DNA of 48,379 bases. Source: Catajapyx aquilonaris (lineage: Eukaryota). The stretch covers positions 1 through 48,379 of the forward strand of contig JYFJ02002961.1 in NCBI GenBank assembly GCA_000934665.2. Reading direction: 5' to 3'. The translations under genes were made by a program, and so were the position numbers. Position 1 is the first letter of the stretch; each line of letters begins with the position of its first letter. The notes beneath the pieces were generated by a model that saw nothing but the letters and a program-made list of their open reading frames with translations, ran no database searches and was not told where the DNA came from. Shown here piece by piece: positions 1-12,763 of the stretch.

Positions 1-903
1 TTTTTTCGAAGAAAAAAGTCAACGAAATTAAAAGTCAATTAAATGATCCAGTGGCTTCGCTTGTGTTGTCCATCCCGGCAGCCCCCACCCTACGCACCCC
101 ATAGTCCCTACATTTGTCTTATACCAGGGAGTTCCATTCTCAAACCTATCACCCCCCCTAATATTTGCTCCCAGAAATTTAACTATAGGTCCTATAAAAT
201 CACCAGCACTTGCAAATGAATCAGCACATTTATTAGGGCATTTCCAATGGTTTGTTGCAGCCTGACCTTTGACCTGAGAGGCCCTAATATTAGGTGTTTG
301 GTCCGGGGCCCGGCCCTACCTCGTTCTCCATCTGTCGGGTCTTTCGTAATGAGCCTGCACAGAGCACAGTACATAGATATACAGTATATATCTCTGGATG
401 TGAAGATATAGCCAAATGTAGCAGTCTCAGTTAGCTGGTATGAATGTGACGCAGGCGAGTGGTCACCTCCTTGGGGTCACCAGGACGGATATTCGGCATC
501 ACCGTTTCGTGGCATTAATAATTGCTGTATGGATTAATAAAATAAATCCCCACCCGCTGTGGGTGGAGATGCGCAGATCGTCGACGCGGTTTTACATAGG
601 TTATTTTCATCATGTAGACGGCCCTCTACACTTCATGTCTCTCTTGTCCCCTACCTTTTTACGACTTTTTACAGCACCAAGAACAATGTTCACTTATTAA
701 TCTCACACATTTACTGTTGGTACACTCTGTACACAGCAAAATCAGTCCTGCAAAAGTTCTCGAATTGACGTTGGCATATAGAGTGTGGACCGGTAATAAG
801 TGTTATTGGTGACTCTGTTAAATCTGAGCCTTTCTTTTTTCCAGTCACTTGCAGCAGTACATTCTGTGACACCTGAGCCTGGGATCATGAGAAATAATTT
901 TAG

Positions 904-981
904 TGACAATTTATTGCTGTAGCTATCTGAGCCTATTACAGCAATACTTTAGGCTCAGAGAGCTACAGCAATAAAGTGTCA
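904..981. repeat. 32-bp-arm inverted repeat (hairpin)
   Basis: tgacaatttattgctgtagctatctgagccta (904-935) matches the reverse complement of taggctcagagagctacagcaataaagtgtca (950-981) with 2 mismatches; 14-nt loop. Confidence 0.9.
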
Positions 982-990
982 GAACATTAA

Positions 991-1631
991 AGAAAACGAG
1001 CATTCAAACCTTCAGCCATAATTTGAACAGATGAATTATTTCCAAATAGCCCAAGTCGTCTGTTTGGGCAAAACTGAGGTAAGACCGGTCGGAGAGATCT
1101 GTTCACAGTACTACCGGGCTGCATAATTATGTTGTATGCTGCTGCATAGGAAGGCCATAATTCCCATAAGAACAGGAGGAAAATGGCATTGGGAAACATC
1201 GAAATTTCACGGCCCAAGCAAGTCAGCGGCCTGCAAAATATGATTTCATGATGTCCATGTACTGCACAATGCATTAGCAGGTGGTATTGACTTCAATATT
1301 AGTCTTGGAATGCTGAGGCTACCTCTTGTGTTATCCAGGATTCCATATCCACTTAATAATGTTTTTCCGAAGGACCCAAGTCAGGCACTTCATTTTATTT
1401 ATGATTAGCACACCGTTCGTCGTATGGTGTTCATATTGCTTCGACGCAACCGATTTTAGATATATGGTTCATTGTGTTAAAACCCCAACTGCCATGCAGG
1501 CAGTAATTCTGTTCTTGTGGCATAGTTTTTCCCTTCTCCTGGAAATTGCATGTTGCCGGACCCTTTTGGGCCCTTTGGAAATTCATGTGTTCATTTATTA
1601 TTGTGGCTGAAGGTTTGAATGCTAATTTTCT
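991..1631. mobile_element. Putative MITE / non-autonomous DNA transposon remnant with ~55-bp imperfect terminal inverted repeats
   Basis: agaaaacgagcattcaaaccttcagccataat... at 991 versus ...attgtggctgaaggtttgaatgctaattttct ending at 1631; similarity continues inward to ttccaaa/tttggaa; no clear TSD and no convincing transposase. Confidence 0.6.
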
Positions 1632-1635
1632 GGAT

Positions 1636-1693
1636 TCATAACCGAAAATACGCTCGTATAATTATTATACGACGAGCGTATTTTCGGTTATGA
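1636..1693. repeat. Perfect 22-bp-arm inverted repeat
   Basis: tcataaccgaaaatacgctcgt / acgagcgtattttcggttatga, 14-nt spacer. Confidence 0.92.
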
Positions 1694-2036
1694 GTGCCTG
1701 CAAAACCCATGTAATAATAAGACTTTGGCGTTCGGCCTACGCAGCTTACGCATGAGATGAAAGGCTCAGGAATAAATTGCAGAAATTGCATTTTCAATAA
1801 CACGTTTATTTCTCCCCCACCCACATAATATCGGCAGTAATTAAACAAAAAGTAACTAATAGCTGGTAGGCCTACCAAACAAAATACTGCGGGTGATTGC
1901 AATGCATGGTTCTATGACAAGGAGCCACTTACCTGTAGGTCACATCATAATTATAGAATATGGTGATCAAGTCGGTTTACTGATAAAAAATTGCCACTGA
2001 TTACTGATATAATACAAGCTACAAGTATTATCATTC

Positions 2037-2487
2037 TGAAATGCTTTCTCTCCGGCGAGACGAATTATTGAAATGGCTTCTCCCCGGAGAGGTACTACAT
2101 AACTGAAATGGCGTCTCCCCGGAGAGGCACCACGAAACTGAAATGGCTTCTCCCCGGAGAGGTACTACATAACTGAAATGGCGTCTCCCCGGAGAGGCAC
2201 CACGAAACTGAAATGGCTTCTCCCCGGAGAGGTACTACATAACTGAAATGGCGTCTCCACGGAGAGGCACCACGTAACCTAAATGGCGTCTCCCCGGAGA
2301 GGCACCACGTAACTGAAGTTGCTTCTCCCCGGAAAGGCACTACATATCTGAAATGACTTCTCCCTGGAGAGGTACCATTTAACTGAAGTTGCTTCTCCCC
2401 GGAGAGGCACCACGTAACTGAAATGGCTTCTCCCCGCCCAATCGTCCGCTGCTGAAATGGCTTCTCCCTGGAGAGGTGCCATGTAAC
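2037..2487. repeat. 35-bp tandem minisatellite (~13 units, partly 70-bp dimers)
   Basis: Alternating units aactgaaatggcttctccccggagaggtactacat / aactgaaatggcgtctccccggagaggcaccacga with 35-bp period (2101, 2136, 2171, 2206, 2241...); each has the quasi-palindrome TCTCC-cc-GGAGA. Confidence 0.95.
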
Positions 2488-3123
2488 TTTCTTTTTCTTC
2501 CAAGAACACAACATCCATAAAAATGTGTTTTTATTCTTTTGGCAAACTCTGCATGCTTCAACTCTATAGGTGACTGCTTCTCTCTCTCTCCCTTTTCTTT
2601 TTTGCAACTGGGATGAACGGATAAACCTGATTGCACTGGATTGCGGGTCTACATCATATTTTCTCTTTCTTCTGTACAACATTTGTTTGGGTCTCGGGAA
2701 GGGGAGGGAGAGGGGGAAGGAAATGGGATGTATTTATGCCGGGTGGGGGGGGGGGGAAAAGATGGGACAACAGGCAAACAGCACATGCGTGGAGGATTTT
2801 TAGGTGGACGTCACACTGCACAGGAGGAGAAGGGGTAACAACTCTGTGTGGATGGGTGGTGTGTAATGGTGGAAACAGGGCCAAAAAAGCACAGCCTCAA
2901 CCAGCGTAGGAAATAAATAAGTACACATGTCCATCCATCCCTCCCAACCACTGATTCCAAACCAATAATTATAATAATTATAATAATATTAATTAAAACA
3001 AGACTCTGTGTGGGTAGGGCTTTTGAAGCTCCTCCCGATGCATAGCTTCGTTATTACATTTTTGCAGGAACAGACTGGAATGTCCAAGTGCACATGATAT
3101 ATCCTCTCTTCTTCTTCTTCTGA

Positions 3124-6100
3124 CTACTTCACCAAGGACGTCCGGTGGGGCGGAGGCGGAGTGACCCCAAAGACCTGCCCCACCCTGAGGAAGAACCTCC
3201 GCAGCACAGGCCGAAGCTCCGCCTTCACATCCGAACAGACTATCTCGCACAGCAGTGGGTAGTAGCTGGACGCATGTGCCCGGAACTGTAACAAGAAAAA
3301 TGTCACAACAATGCCATTAAACTCATCCTGGAGCTACTGACCTGCTCATCAGGAAGCTTCAGAATCCTGGTGAAGCAGAGCAGGAGGATGGACGTCCAAG
3401 CTTCCTTGTGCGCCTCAAACTGCAGGGACAGGAAGTAGTCCAGGCCCTCACAGCACACTGATATCAGCTTCTCTTGCACCTGTAACATTACAAAGCTTTG
3501 TGACAGTTCCGGCCAACTGAGAGTGTGAACTGACCTTCGGCCAGTAGTCCCGCCTGGACTCGTCCATGTCCATTCTGAAGAGGATTCTGAGTGCACAGGC
3601 TAAGCTCTGCGTCTCCTGCTTGAGCAGGTTGGGCTTGACGGAGCCTCGGAACCCGGCCTTCCACAGCAGGTTCCGCTGCTCGTGGTTGGCGTTGAAGGCC
3701 TTTGCGAACCGGTGCGACCTAAGCAGGCAGTCCAGAAGGCTGAAGAGGTGGACTGAGGCCAGAACCGGGAACAGTCCTTGCTCTTCCCGCTGTAGCTGCA
3801 TCTGCGGAGCCATGCCCTTCCCACCGGCAGCACCGCCAGAACCTCCCCCGCCTCCACTAACACCAACAGTGCTCCCCACTTCCTGAAGATCGGCCTGAGC
3901 CAAAGCCAGGTTCTCAGCATCCTCCTTCCGAGAGGTGGCAGGAAAGAAAACGATGCTGTCGATGCTCTGGATCAGCTCCAGCTGCACCACGCACTTTATG
4001 AGCAGTCCCGCGAAGAGGTTCTGCTGTTCGGATGCCGCTTTCGCAGCCGGTGACTGCTGGTTGTTGTGCTTCGGATTCCTGCCAATGTCCCCGGGGTCGC
4101 TCTGAATGCTGGGCGACCTCTTGAGTATGCCGACTGGACCCTCGGATGAACTATCCTCCTGCAAGAAACACAGTCAATCAAGTCGAATCAACAGTTCAGC
4201 GCAGATCTTACATCTCTTTCCGACTTGAGCCTTGGTCTCCAGGTGAGAAGCGCTTGGGGCACAGTCGATTCGAAGATGTCCAGCATGCACTTGCAGGTCT
4301 TGTCCCATGTCCTGGAAGTGAATTTGCTGCCATTGGAGATGACCAGGTTCTCCAGGCAGTTGGTTCCAGATCGGGCCAGCTGCTCATTCTCTGCAATGGA
4401 AACTCCTTAAGTTGCGATCACCTCTAAAAATCTGAAGCAACTGACCTTGCTGCACACACCAGTGCAACTGAGTGTACAGGTCGTCCAGCACCAAAGGCTC
4501 CAGGACCTCGTAGTACTGGGTGAACACATCCACTATTGCGTACAATGCGTGGTTGCAGGTTGTGGTCATCCATTCCGCCTTCTGTAAATTGGCAACAGGT
4601 AAAAAGGCTGCTGGAGTCTGCTTCGATAAAAGGCTTACTTCTGTTTGCTGCTCAGGCAGCTTCATGTTGTCGAAGATTCTGAACAGGATCTGGAAGAGAT
4701 CCTTCCACCAGTGCGGCCTGAAGTGGTCCCCGTAGGTCTTGACCACCTCAAACAGGACGGTCAGCCCTCGGGTGCGGACGTCCAGCTTGCACCGGTTCAC
4801 CACGCACGACAGCTCGAACAAGATCGGGAACCAACCTCGGACCCAAACCCTGTCTTCTTCCGCAACCGTCATATCCTCCATGTTATGCTCCCTAAAAAGA
4901 TGGGGCTTCTCATCCACGTATCTGGCGCAAGTGCGGATCAGACGGATGGCCTCCATGCTCGTGTCAGGGAAAGACGCATTGCAGGCAAACTCCGAGAGGC
5001 ACTTGACAGCATCTTGGAATGAGTCAATCATGATCGGAAAGTGCTTCTCATACACTTGGGCTAGAAAAAGGAGAGAAATGCACTGTTTGTTCCTATGGGG
5101 ACACTTCTCTTCGTATATGCAGAGTCTCGGACCTATAATCTTTCCTGTTGTTTGGAATGCAAGCTCGACGATGGCTTCGTCTAGGTCCGAGGCTGCCAGG
5201 TGGAAGACGCTGAAGATGTTCTTCCAGCCTGACTTGATGTTGTGCGCCTGAGAGTTGACCATTTGAGCCACGCATCTCACAACCATGTCTCTTATGCTTG
5301 GCAGCCTGGAAAATGATCACGAGTCAGACAAAACTTCCATGGACAGCAAGCGGACTAACCTGTTCTTCTTGACGATGTGCTCAAAGGGCCTGAGGAAATC
5401 CTTCTGGAACCGGAAGTTGGCAAACTCTCCCTTCTCGATGAACTTGGTTGCCAGCTGCCGCAAGGAGTCCACAGCGAAGAACGCGACCTCCTCGTTCGGA
5501 CTGCAGCCAACGCGGTTGAAGTGGTCGCCCAGCACCTGCCATATCCTGGACCACTGCAGACGGATACGCCCCATGTTGTAGTAGGAGATCTCGACTATCT
5601 TCTGCAGGCTGAACATGCGGGGGTGGTTCGAGGCGGCTAGTTCGTCCAGCGACACCTGGCACAGGGCACGGACAAACTCAACCACAGCATCTCCATCCAG
5701 CCGAGTCGATCCGGTGAAGATGCGGTCCACTGCAACCACCACACTTTGGGAACTGGTCTCGCCAAACGATTCCTTCACGCTCGCTGCGGACAAATGTTCG
5801 TTTTCATCACGAGTTATTCAGAGTGACGTTGAGCCTGCTTACGGTCTAGCGAGTTGAGATTCCAGCTGATCCCAAGAGAGTCACCGTGACCGTCGTGCCC
5901 TCCAGGGACTCCAGTTCGTGTGCTGATGAACTGCGGCCTCACTCCAGTCCCGATCAGCTGTGCCAGTTCAAGCTGGGAAATGCATTTCAGGATCTCGAGC
6001 CAAGCGCTTCCAAGATAGTTGCCTGAAATGATCAAACCAGTTCCATATAACTCGCTAAAAAGTGCGGAGCGTACTGACCGTCAGTGTGTGCAACCGTAAT

Positions 6101-9100
6101 GAGAGTCTTGATAGTGTCGATGTTCTTGGCCTTCATCTCCGTGATGGGTGAGTTGGCAGTGAGGAGAGTGAAGCGCGCTAAGGCTTGTACATACGCATCT
6201 CTCTCCAGCTGGAAAACGGACAAACCCGTGTGAATCCAACAGCATTGACGCATCAAGAACGTACTTACAGTCATGTGAAAAATGCATGCAATTCGTATGG
6301 CGCATCTGATCCCGTCTAAGCAAAGGGAGGCTATCTCAGGATCATCGCAGTCTTGCAGGCCAACGCTGAAGGCGGCCAGGAAAGGCGTCCATGCCATCTG
6401 GAAATTCAGGCGCAGTTAAACCACGAGAAGATTTCCGTAAGAATTAATCGAATGAAATTTGATCCCATGGTACCTTAAACATGGGACGGACGTGCTCAAG
6501 GTGCTTTGCAGAGGTGAACGGAGCTTGCACGTGACTCACAGACTCCATCAGATTTTTGGCCGCGGTTGATATGGCCTCCATCTCCATGTTCCACAGCAAG
6601 CGTCTCTTCTTTTCACTCGAGACCACTGCAAACAACGTACCAGTATTGTCCGCAGTTCAAATATGTCTACGGGATCTCACCTTGCTTCCCAAGCTTGCTG
6701 CTGGTAGCTTTCATCTTGATTTCGTTTCCGGCAATCTCGTCGTATATAGACGACAGGTATTCCTCGGGCAGATCCTTGCTGTCGTTGATGCCCCGGTTCA
6801 TTTTGATGTACTGCTCCTTGCTCATCTTGTTCTTCACTTGCGGACTGTGCAGATCTGTCGTCAGCATTATGATGGAGTAGGCCAGGACGTAGGCGGTGTC
6901 CGCACTTGCAAACAGGCCGTTGCTGCAAATTTAAACACGTGAGTCGTGTCCCATGATGGCATAGCTGGCGACTCACTTTGGATTGCACTCGCAGTATCGG
7001 CTAGCAAACTTCTCCATGAGCCTGTCGATCTTCTGGGCTTCCCCGGGCAGCCTGAAGCCCTCCAGGAAGGTCCTCAGGGCAGACACAAAGTCCCGATTGC
7101 TGTAGTCCATTTGGTCAATGTACGCACACATCACCTGTTACGTACACCTCTGGTTATACTGTAAACTCATCGAATTAAACGCATGACTTACATCCTTGTG
7201 GTACGCATCAGGTTCGCCCAGGAAGTCCCCAACGACAGTCCTGTCCAGCCGATCATCCATGTGGAAGAACTCTGCCACATCCGCAGACGTCTCTCCCAAC
7301 AGGCCTTGCTCCTGGAGAAAAGCCATCCCCTTTCTGGGCTTACGATTGAACCTGAAAAGCGGAGACGCATCAGTACAGTGCCAGCAGGTACGTGACAAGG
7401 AGACGTACAGTTCGATCCCATGTTCCCAGATGTCCTTCTGCTGCTTCAGCACCTCGAACTGCTCTGGATTGTCGACCCAGTCTCTTCCTCCAGCGGCAAT
7501 CACTGCGGATCCGGCGGAACTCAGGCTGTTCACGCTTCCGTAGGACATCATGGTTCCCTTCCCCGAATCCGCCTCGTTAATGGAGTTTGCTGTTGTTGAA
7601 TTCGAGGCGGTGGTCTCCCTGTGCTTTTCCTGCCCCAGGTTGGTCTGAAGGTTTGGGTTGACGTAAAGGTCCTTGCTCCATTCCACCATGCATTTCAGGA
7701 TGGACACGAGGCACTCCAAGCCACGGATTCGCATTGACTTCTCCTGGTTCGGGGTGGCACCCAGTTCAAGTGCCTGTCTGCCCTGAGCTATCTTGGACAG
7801 GTCGTTGACTAGTCTGCGCAACACAAAAGACGTTAGCAATTGCGGATAATTCCTTGTAGCGCAAGAAGTACCTTTCAAAAATATTGGCTGCAGCTAAATC
7901 ACAGTCGTAGTTCACATAAATGTCCACAACGCTCTGGGCATCTGCGCAAATGCGGGTGAGGGCTTGGATGACCATCCACTTGTGCTCAAAGGAGGACGTC
8001 GACGTCTCCAGGATGTTGAGGAAGATCTCTTTGAAGAAAACCTTCGAAAAGGAAAATGAGGGATTATGTCCAACCCATCTATTAATCGCACATGTACGTA
8101 CCTCAACTTGCATCTTGAGATGCTTCTTGAATCGAGATAGAAGTGCCAAGAAGATGGCCAGGGACAGCTCGAACACCTCGGGAATTGCCGAAACTCCATT
8201 TTTAGATAGAGCGACGCACAAGTACTGCTTGATGGCCGTTATGAACATCTCGTTTGAACGGAACACTGGTCCTGCGTTTTGTAGGATGGACAGAAGCAGC
8301 TGAAGGGACAGGATTTTGGAACGCAGCTCATGCGACCTGGAGAGTAAAGAGTACGTGTGTCATAACCCGCGGAAAGATCTTAAGCCTGAAGCGGCTCACT
8401 TCGGATCCGGCTGTCCCTCGGGGAGCGGCTTCATCGAGAGTTTGCAGAGCGACCTGAACACCAGGAAAGCGTCCTTCTGCAGCACGTGAGTGAACTTGGC
8501 TGAAACCGCTCCGTCTCCATCATTCCCAACGTCCATGCTCTCCTGTAAACGTCACACGGTTTGACACCAACAATACTCTCTACAGCTTAATTTAAAAACA
8601 TGCCGAAATAGAGAAGAGAAGAACTTAGTAAAATCATTTCAACGGTTCAAAATCCTACGTCATAATACGCAATTTCTGCCACACACACACCTACAGAAGA
8701 AACTACAATACAAATTAACTCGCAAGGCAGACTACTCCTATTACAGTTTCAACATGATCATACCTTGAGATCGAAAGCCAGAAATTTGCTGTACTGCATT
8801 CGTGAGAGAGAGAGAGAAATGGAAGAGTCAGCAAATAGCAATGGAAGTTGACTCAGCACTCTCACTGCTCTTTAAAATTAAGCGCAAGTCGATCAGCAAT
8901 TACCTGCGACGGTACTCTCGTCATAGTTGGCGTGGCAGGAAGATTAGAGGAATTCATTCCGCTTCGAGACTCAGGTCGGCTTGGAGTCGAGTCCTCGCTT
9001 TCGGCACCTGCCGTGATGACATCTTCCCCTGAAACACGCAATGTTATTACCGTGAATACCTGAACAGTCCCAAGTACTCACTTGTAACAATGCTGTCCAT

Positions 9101-11432
9101 AATGTTCCCCAAGATGGCCCTGGCTATCTCCTTAGGTTCTTCCGCGTCTTCCTCGCGAGGCACCTCCGCATTCTCAACAGTGGCCACCACAGCGACAGGT
9201 CCGTTCTGCATCACAACCGGTCCATCAGCTTCCTCCACGCAGTTCTCCAGTGATGCGGTGCCGTCTCCAGCCTCCTGCGCGTGGACATCTGAGCTGCTGG
9301 ACGCCCAAGACTTGCTCTCGCTTCTGTTCCGCTCCAGAGCCTCTATGCCGTCCTTCACTCGCACCGACTCCTCAATCGCTTGGTTCTCCATGCGGGTGAA
9401 GATGACGTTGAGCATCTGCGTCAGGGTGGCCTTTGCAGTCGTTTGGTTGATGAGGTTCTTGCTGGCCAGGTAGATGTTGTAGCAGGTCCTGACGGCAAGG
9501 AGGACCGTCCCTTCGTGGACCTCCACATGCTGGGAGGTGATGACTGTCAGGAGGGCCTTGATGATCTGCAGCTGGACACCCTCATCAGTCTGTGGACCAC
9601 TGAAGCAGCCGCAGATCGTCTCTACGATGCGGTCTATCAGTCGCTTACCAGACGAAGTGCAGTCTGGTATGTTTCCAGTAAGGTGGCCGTAAGCTATCAG
9701 TTTCTGCGGGTAGGATTAATAAATAAGCCATAATAAACTGTAGCGTTTGCAACAGAAAGGCCTGTAAAACGAGGCAATAAAATTCTCCATGGCAAATCGA
9801 GTCCTTGATAAACACTTCCTGCTTGAGACTCATTACATTACAAAGCATATCTGCTCTATTTTCACTGCCTCATGTGTGACCTTCAATGCCGAAGCAACTG
9901 GTAGCATATGTAAAGAGGCGCACACAAAGCAGTAGCACATGCTATAAAAATATCTTTTTCGTTAAAATTCTTTCCACTATGTGGTTGTGTCACAGGTGCA
10001 AATTTTTAATGCAACGATTTAAGTGTCGCTAATAATTTTGCCAATAGTGACGTTCCCTGTGTTATCGCTATTGTAAATAAGTATTGCAGATTTACTTTCA
10101 TGGCAGGCGGTTTACATGTCTTTTCCTCAATTCCATACCTGAAGGCAATCAAGTGCAGTGACAACAATCCGTGGCGATTTGCTCTGGCAGGCCAGCTCGA
10201 AAGGAAGGAAGTACTTCTCCGCATTGATGGTACTTCCGGCATCATTCTTGGGCAATGGGAGGGCCGAGGAGGAGCCCTCCGAGTCCTCTCCTCCCTCCTT
10301 CACCTCATTCTTTATTTCTTCTGTAAATACGCACAATGTGAGTTTATATTCCGTTGGTGACGAGCAAATTGCATACTTATGATCAACATATTTTAATAAA
10401 AAGATCCTCGTCAAGGACAATATTAAATTGTGGCCTTGTAACGGAGGTACCTAAAATAAATAATTGCACTGTTGCGTGCCAAAAAAAAGAAGAGAGCAAT
10501 GCCATTAAGTTAATGCTACAATTGACACTGAAAGCAGTACATGACGCCACTCTAGTTTTTAACGGTTGAGGATGCCTCGGTGCACCCAGACTTTCACTCC
10601 TCCGAACAAAAGGTACAAGTCAATTTAGGGCACTTGACCTCTTTAATCTTTATTGCCGGCCGGTTTTCCTCGTTTTCACCTATCGCTCGTTATTGGGCAT
10701 GAACCGGCATCTGAATATACCTGGGGTAAAAACAGACTGATTAAACTCTAAGCGCACATGCGGCGTACAAAACAAAAAACCAACTTCAACAACTAAATAC
10801 ATATTTGTACTGTCTTATCCCAATCTATGACTCGCTCGTCCTGCGATGTCATCATCTGACACGTGCCATTAAATTTTAATATTCCGACACAGTTGGACAA
10901 AATATGATCTGAAATGGTTGCCACGAAACATTATTATTATATTGTGACACAGTCAGACCAAAATATATTTATAGGAATTAAATAACGACCAGGAAGAGGC
11001 TATGCAGTCAGGTTCAACCCCAGCCAAGACCCACTCCGATTCTACCCGCACCGTCCTTCCCGTCAGTGCCTGTTCCAACGTCTGAGCAGAACCATTGATT
11101 TCCAAATCGATTGACTCATCATAAATGCATGTCAACACTTCCCTAGCTGTCAGAGAGCGGCTGGCTTCATAACCAAAAGAGGAGGAGGACGACATGCCTT
11201 TGCATCAACCCCTAGTTGTGCCATGTGAACTCTGCCCACAAGGGTCTGTTACGCTGCGTGAGGGGTTTGCGACGTGCTGCTGCACGCATGTACTACACAC
11301 GTACGTACCGAGTGCCTGTTCGCAGGCCCTCTTGAGCTGCGAGTGGTGCGACCTCTTGATCTCCTTGTCCGCTAGGATCTTGTCCAGCGCCCGAATGATG
11401 AACATCTCCTTGGCCCTAGGTCCTGTCTGCAT
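3124..11432 (-). CDS. ARFGEF1: Brefeldin A-inhibited Arf guanine nucleotide exchange factor (BIG1/BIG2, Sec71 family), multi-exon
   Basis: N-terminus [53 protein letters not shown] (DCB); YVNYDCD (HUS box); Sec7 domain with [18 protein letters not shown] region and [18 protein letters not shown] segments such as [15 protein letters not shown] and [18 protein letters not shown] introns join in frame; TAG stop at 3124-3126. Likely co-ortholog of ARFGEF1/2. Confidence 0.97.
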
Positions 11433-11702
11433 TATAACCTGCACTGCCACTGGAGGTGGTGTCCAGTCGCCCCACCCCCTGCTCCTCCAGATGCCCTGCT
11501 GCTCGTCCCGCTGATGACGGCTCCTCCGAAATCATCTCATCGTCCAACAAGGGGCTGTCCAGCTTGGAATCAACTGTAGTCCAGGTAGGAGGTGGGACAC
11601 ACACACACGCAAATCAAACAACAATCAACGAGAGAATCAAGCAGCACAAGGTCTTCTTCTTCTTCTTTCATTCGGCGGCCATCTGTCGCGACCTGCTCCG
11701 AT

Positions 11703-11712
11703 GTCACGTGAC
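11703..11712. promoter_or_regulatory. Palindromic E-box GTCACGTGAC (CLEAR/USF-type) upstream of ARFGEF, near a YY1-like GCCATCT
   Basis: Exact 10-mer about 270 bp upstream of the ARFGEF ATG; function is inferred. Confidence 0.4.
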
Positions 11713-11849
11713 ACCCTACGTCACATGCCACACCACGTCACTGCAAACGTAGCGCGACTTATATTAAAGCAAACCGGCCTAGCGTTAATCATGTTTAACA
11801 GAAATAGATGGATTGAAATTTATCTTATTCGCAAATCTGGACGTCCAGC

Positions 11850-12592
11850 TTTAATTTGGCAACACTGCTGAAATTGAGAGGATGCGGCAACACTGCAGCC
11901 ACACGGTTGCCAATGCATGGCCAGGCAGCGGCTTAAGTGCGACCCGCGGTGTTGCGAACTAATGGCTAGACAGCGGCTTAAATGGGCATATCGGGAAGGC
12001 CAGCTTCATCCGGCAACACTGCTACATTTGAGGTGGCAACACTGCAAACACCGTGTCGCCTACTCCATGGCCGCGACCCGGCTTAAATGCGACAGCAGTG
12101 TAGCCAATTCATAGCTAGCATGCGGCTTTAATTGGCAGATGTGGAAGGTCACCTTAATCTGGCAACACTGTTACAACTGAAAATACAGTGTCGCCAACTC
12201 CATGGCCCGATGACATGGCCACGAAGCGGCTTAAATGAGACCGCAGTGTAGCCAACCGACGGCTAGACTGCGGCTTAAAGCAGCATATTCGGAAGGTACG
12301 CTTCATCTGGCCACACTGGCGATGGTGGCAACCATGCGAACACAGTGTCGCCAACTCGATGGCCACGAAGCGGCTTAAATTGAGACCGCAGTGTAGCCAA
12401 CCGACGGCTAGACCGCGGCTTAAAGCGGCATATTTGGAAGGTACGCTTCATCTGGCCACACTGCCACTAACGAGGTGGCAACACTGCAAACGCAGTGTCG
12501 CCAACTCGATGGCCACGAAGCGGCTTAAATTGAGACCGCAGTGTAGCCAACCGACGGCTAGACCGCGGCTTAAAGCGGCCGCGTGGCAACAG
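11850..12592. repeat. ~150-bp tandem repeat (about 5 degenerate copies) in the divergent ARFGEF/DHRS4 intergenic region
   Basis: gtgtcgccaactcgatggccacgaagcggcttaaattgagaccgcagtgtagccaaccgacggctagaccgcggcttaaagcggc at 12345 and 12495; recurring (T/C)GGCAACACTG and GCGGCTTAA in each unit. Confidence 0.92.
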
Positions 12593-12763
12593 CAGACGAA
12601 ATTTTTGTGAAGTCACTTTCGTACCGGACAAAAAGACATGTGCGATTGAGAAACAACAGGTATAAATTGACTACGCTGCAGGTTGCTTGGTAGGTTATCT
12701 TATCGAGGGTGGGTCATGATGCATGCCTTGCAGATAAGGAGTCTGACTCCTACTGGCACGACG

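Noticed and set aside
987..1274. 95-aa ORF inside the TIR element as a transposase
   Set aside because: Only vague resemblance; no catalytic DDE/DDD motif could be identified
2037..2487. CRISPR-like appearance (palindromic ~35-bp repeats)
   Set aside because: No unique spacers, units are directly tandem, no cas genes, and the context is eukaryotic
2095..2682. 195-aa ORF and overlapping ORFs
   Set aside because: Translations of the minisatellite; no protein features
10953..11195. 80-aa ORF in ARFGEF intron 1
   Set aside because: No recognisable domain or convincing splice context
11917..12610. ORFs with repeated MATKRLK / WQHCK motifs
   Set aside because: By-product of the 150-bp tandem repeat; frames are not maintained between units
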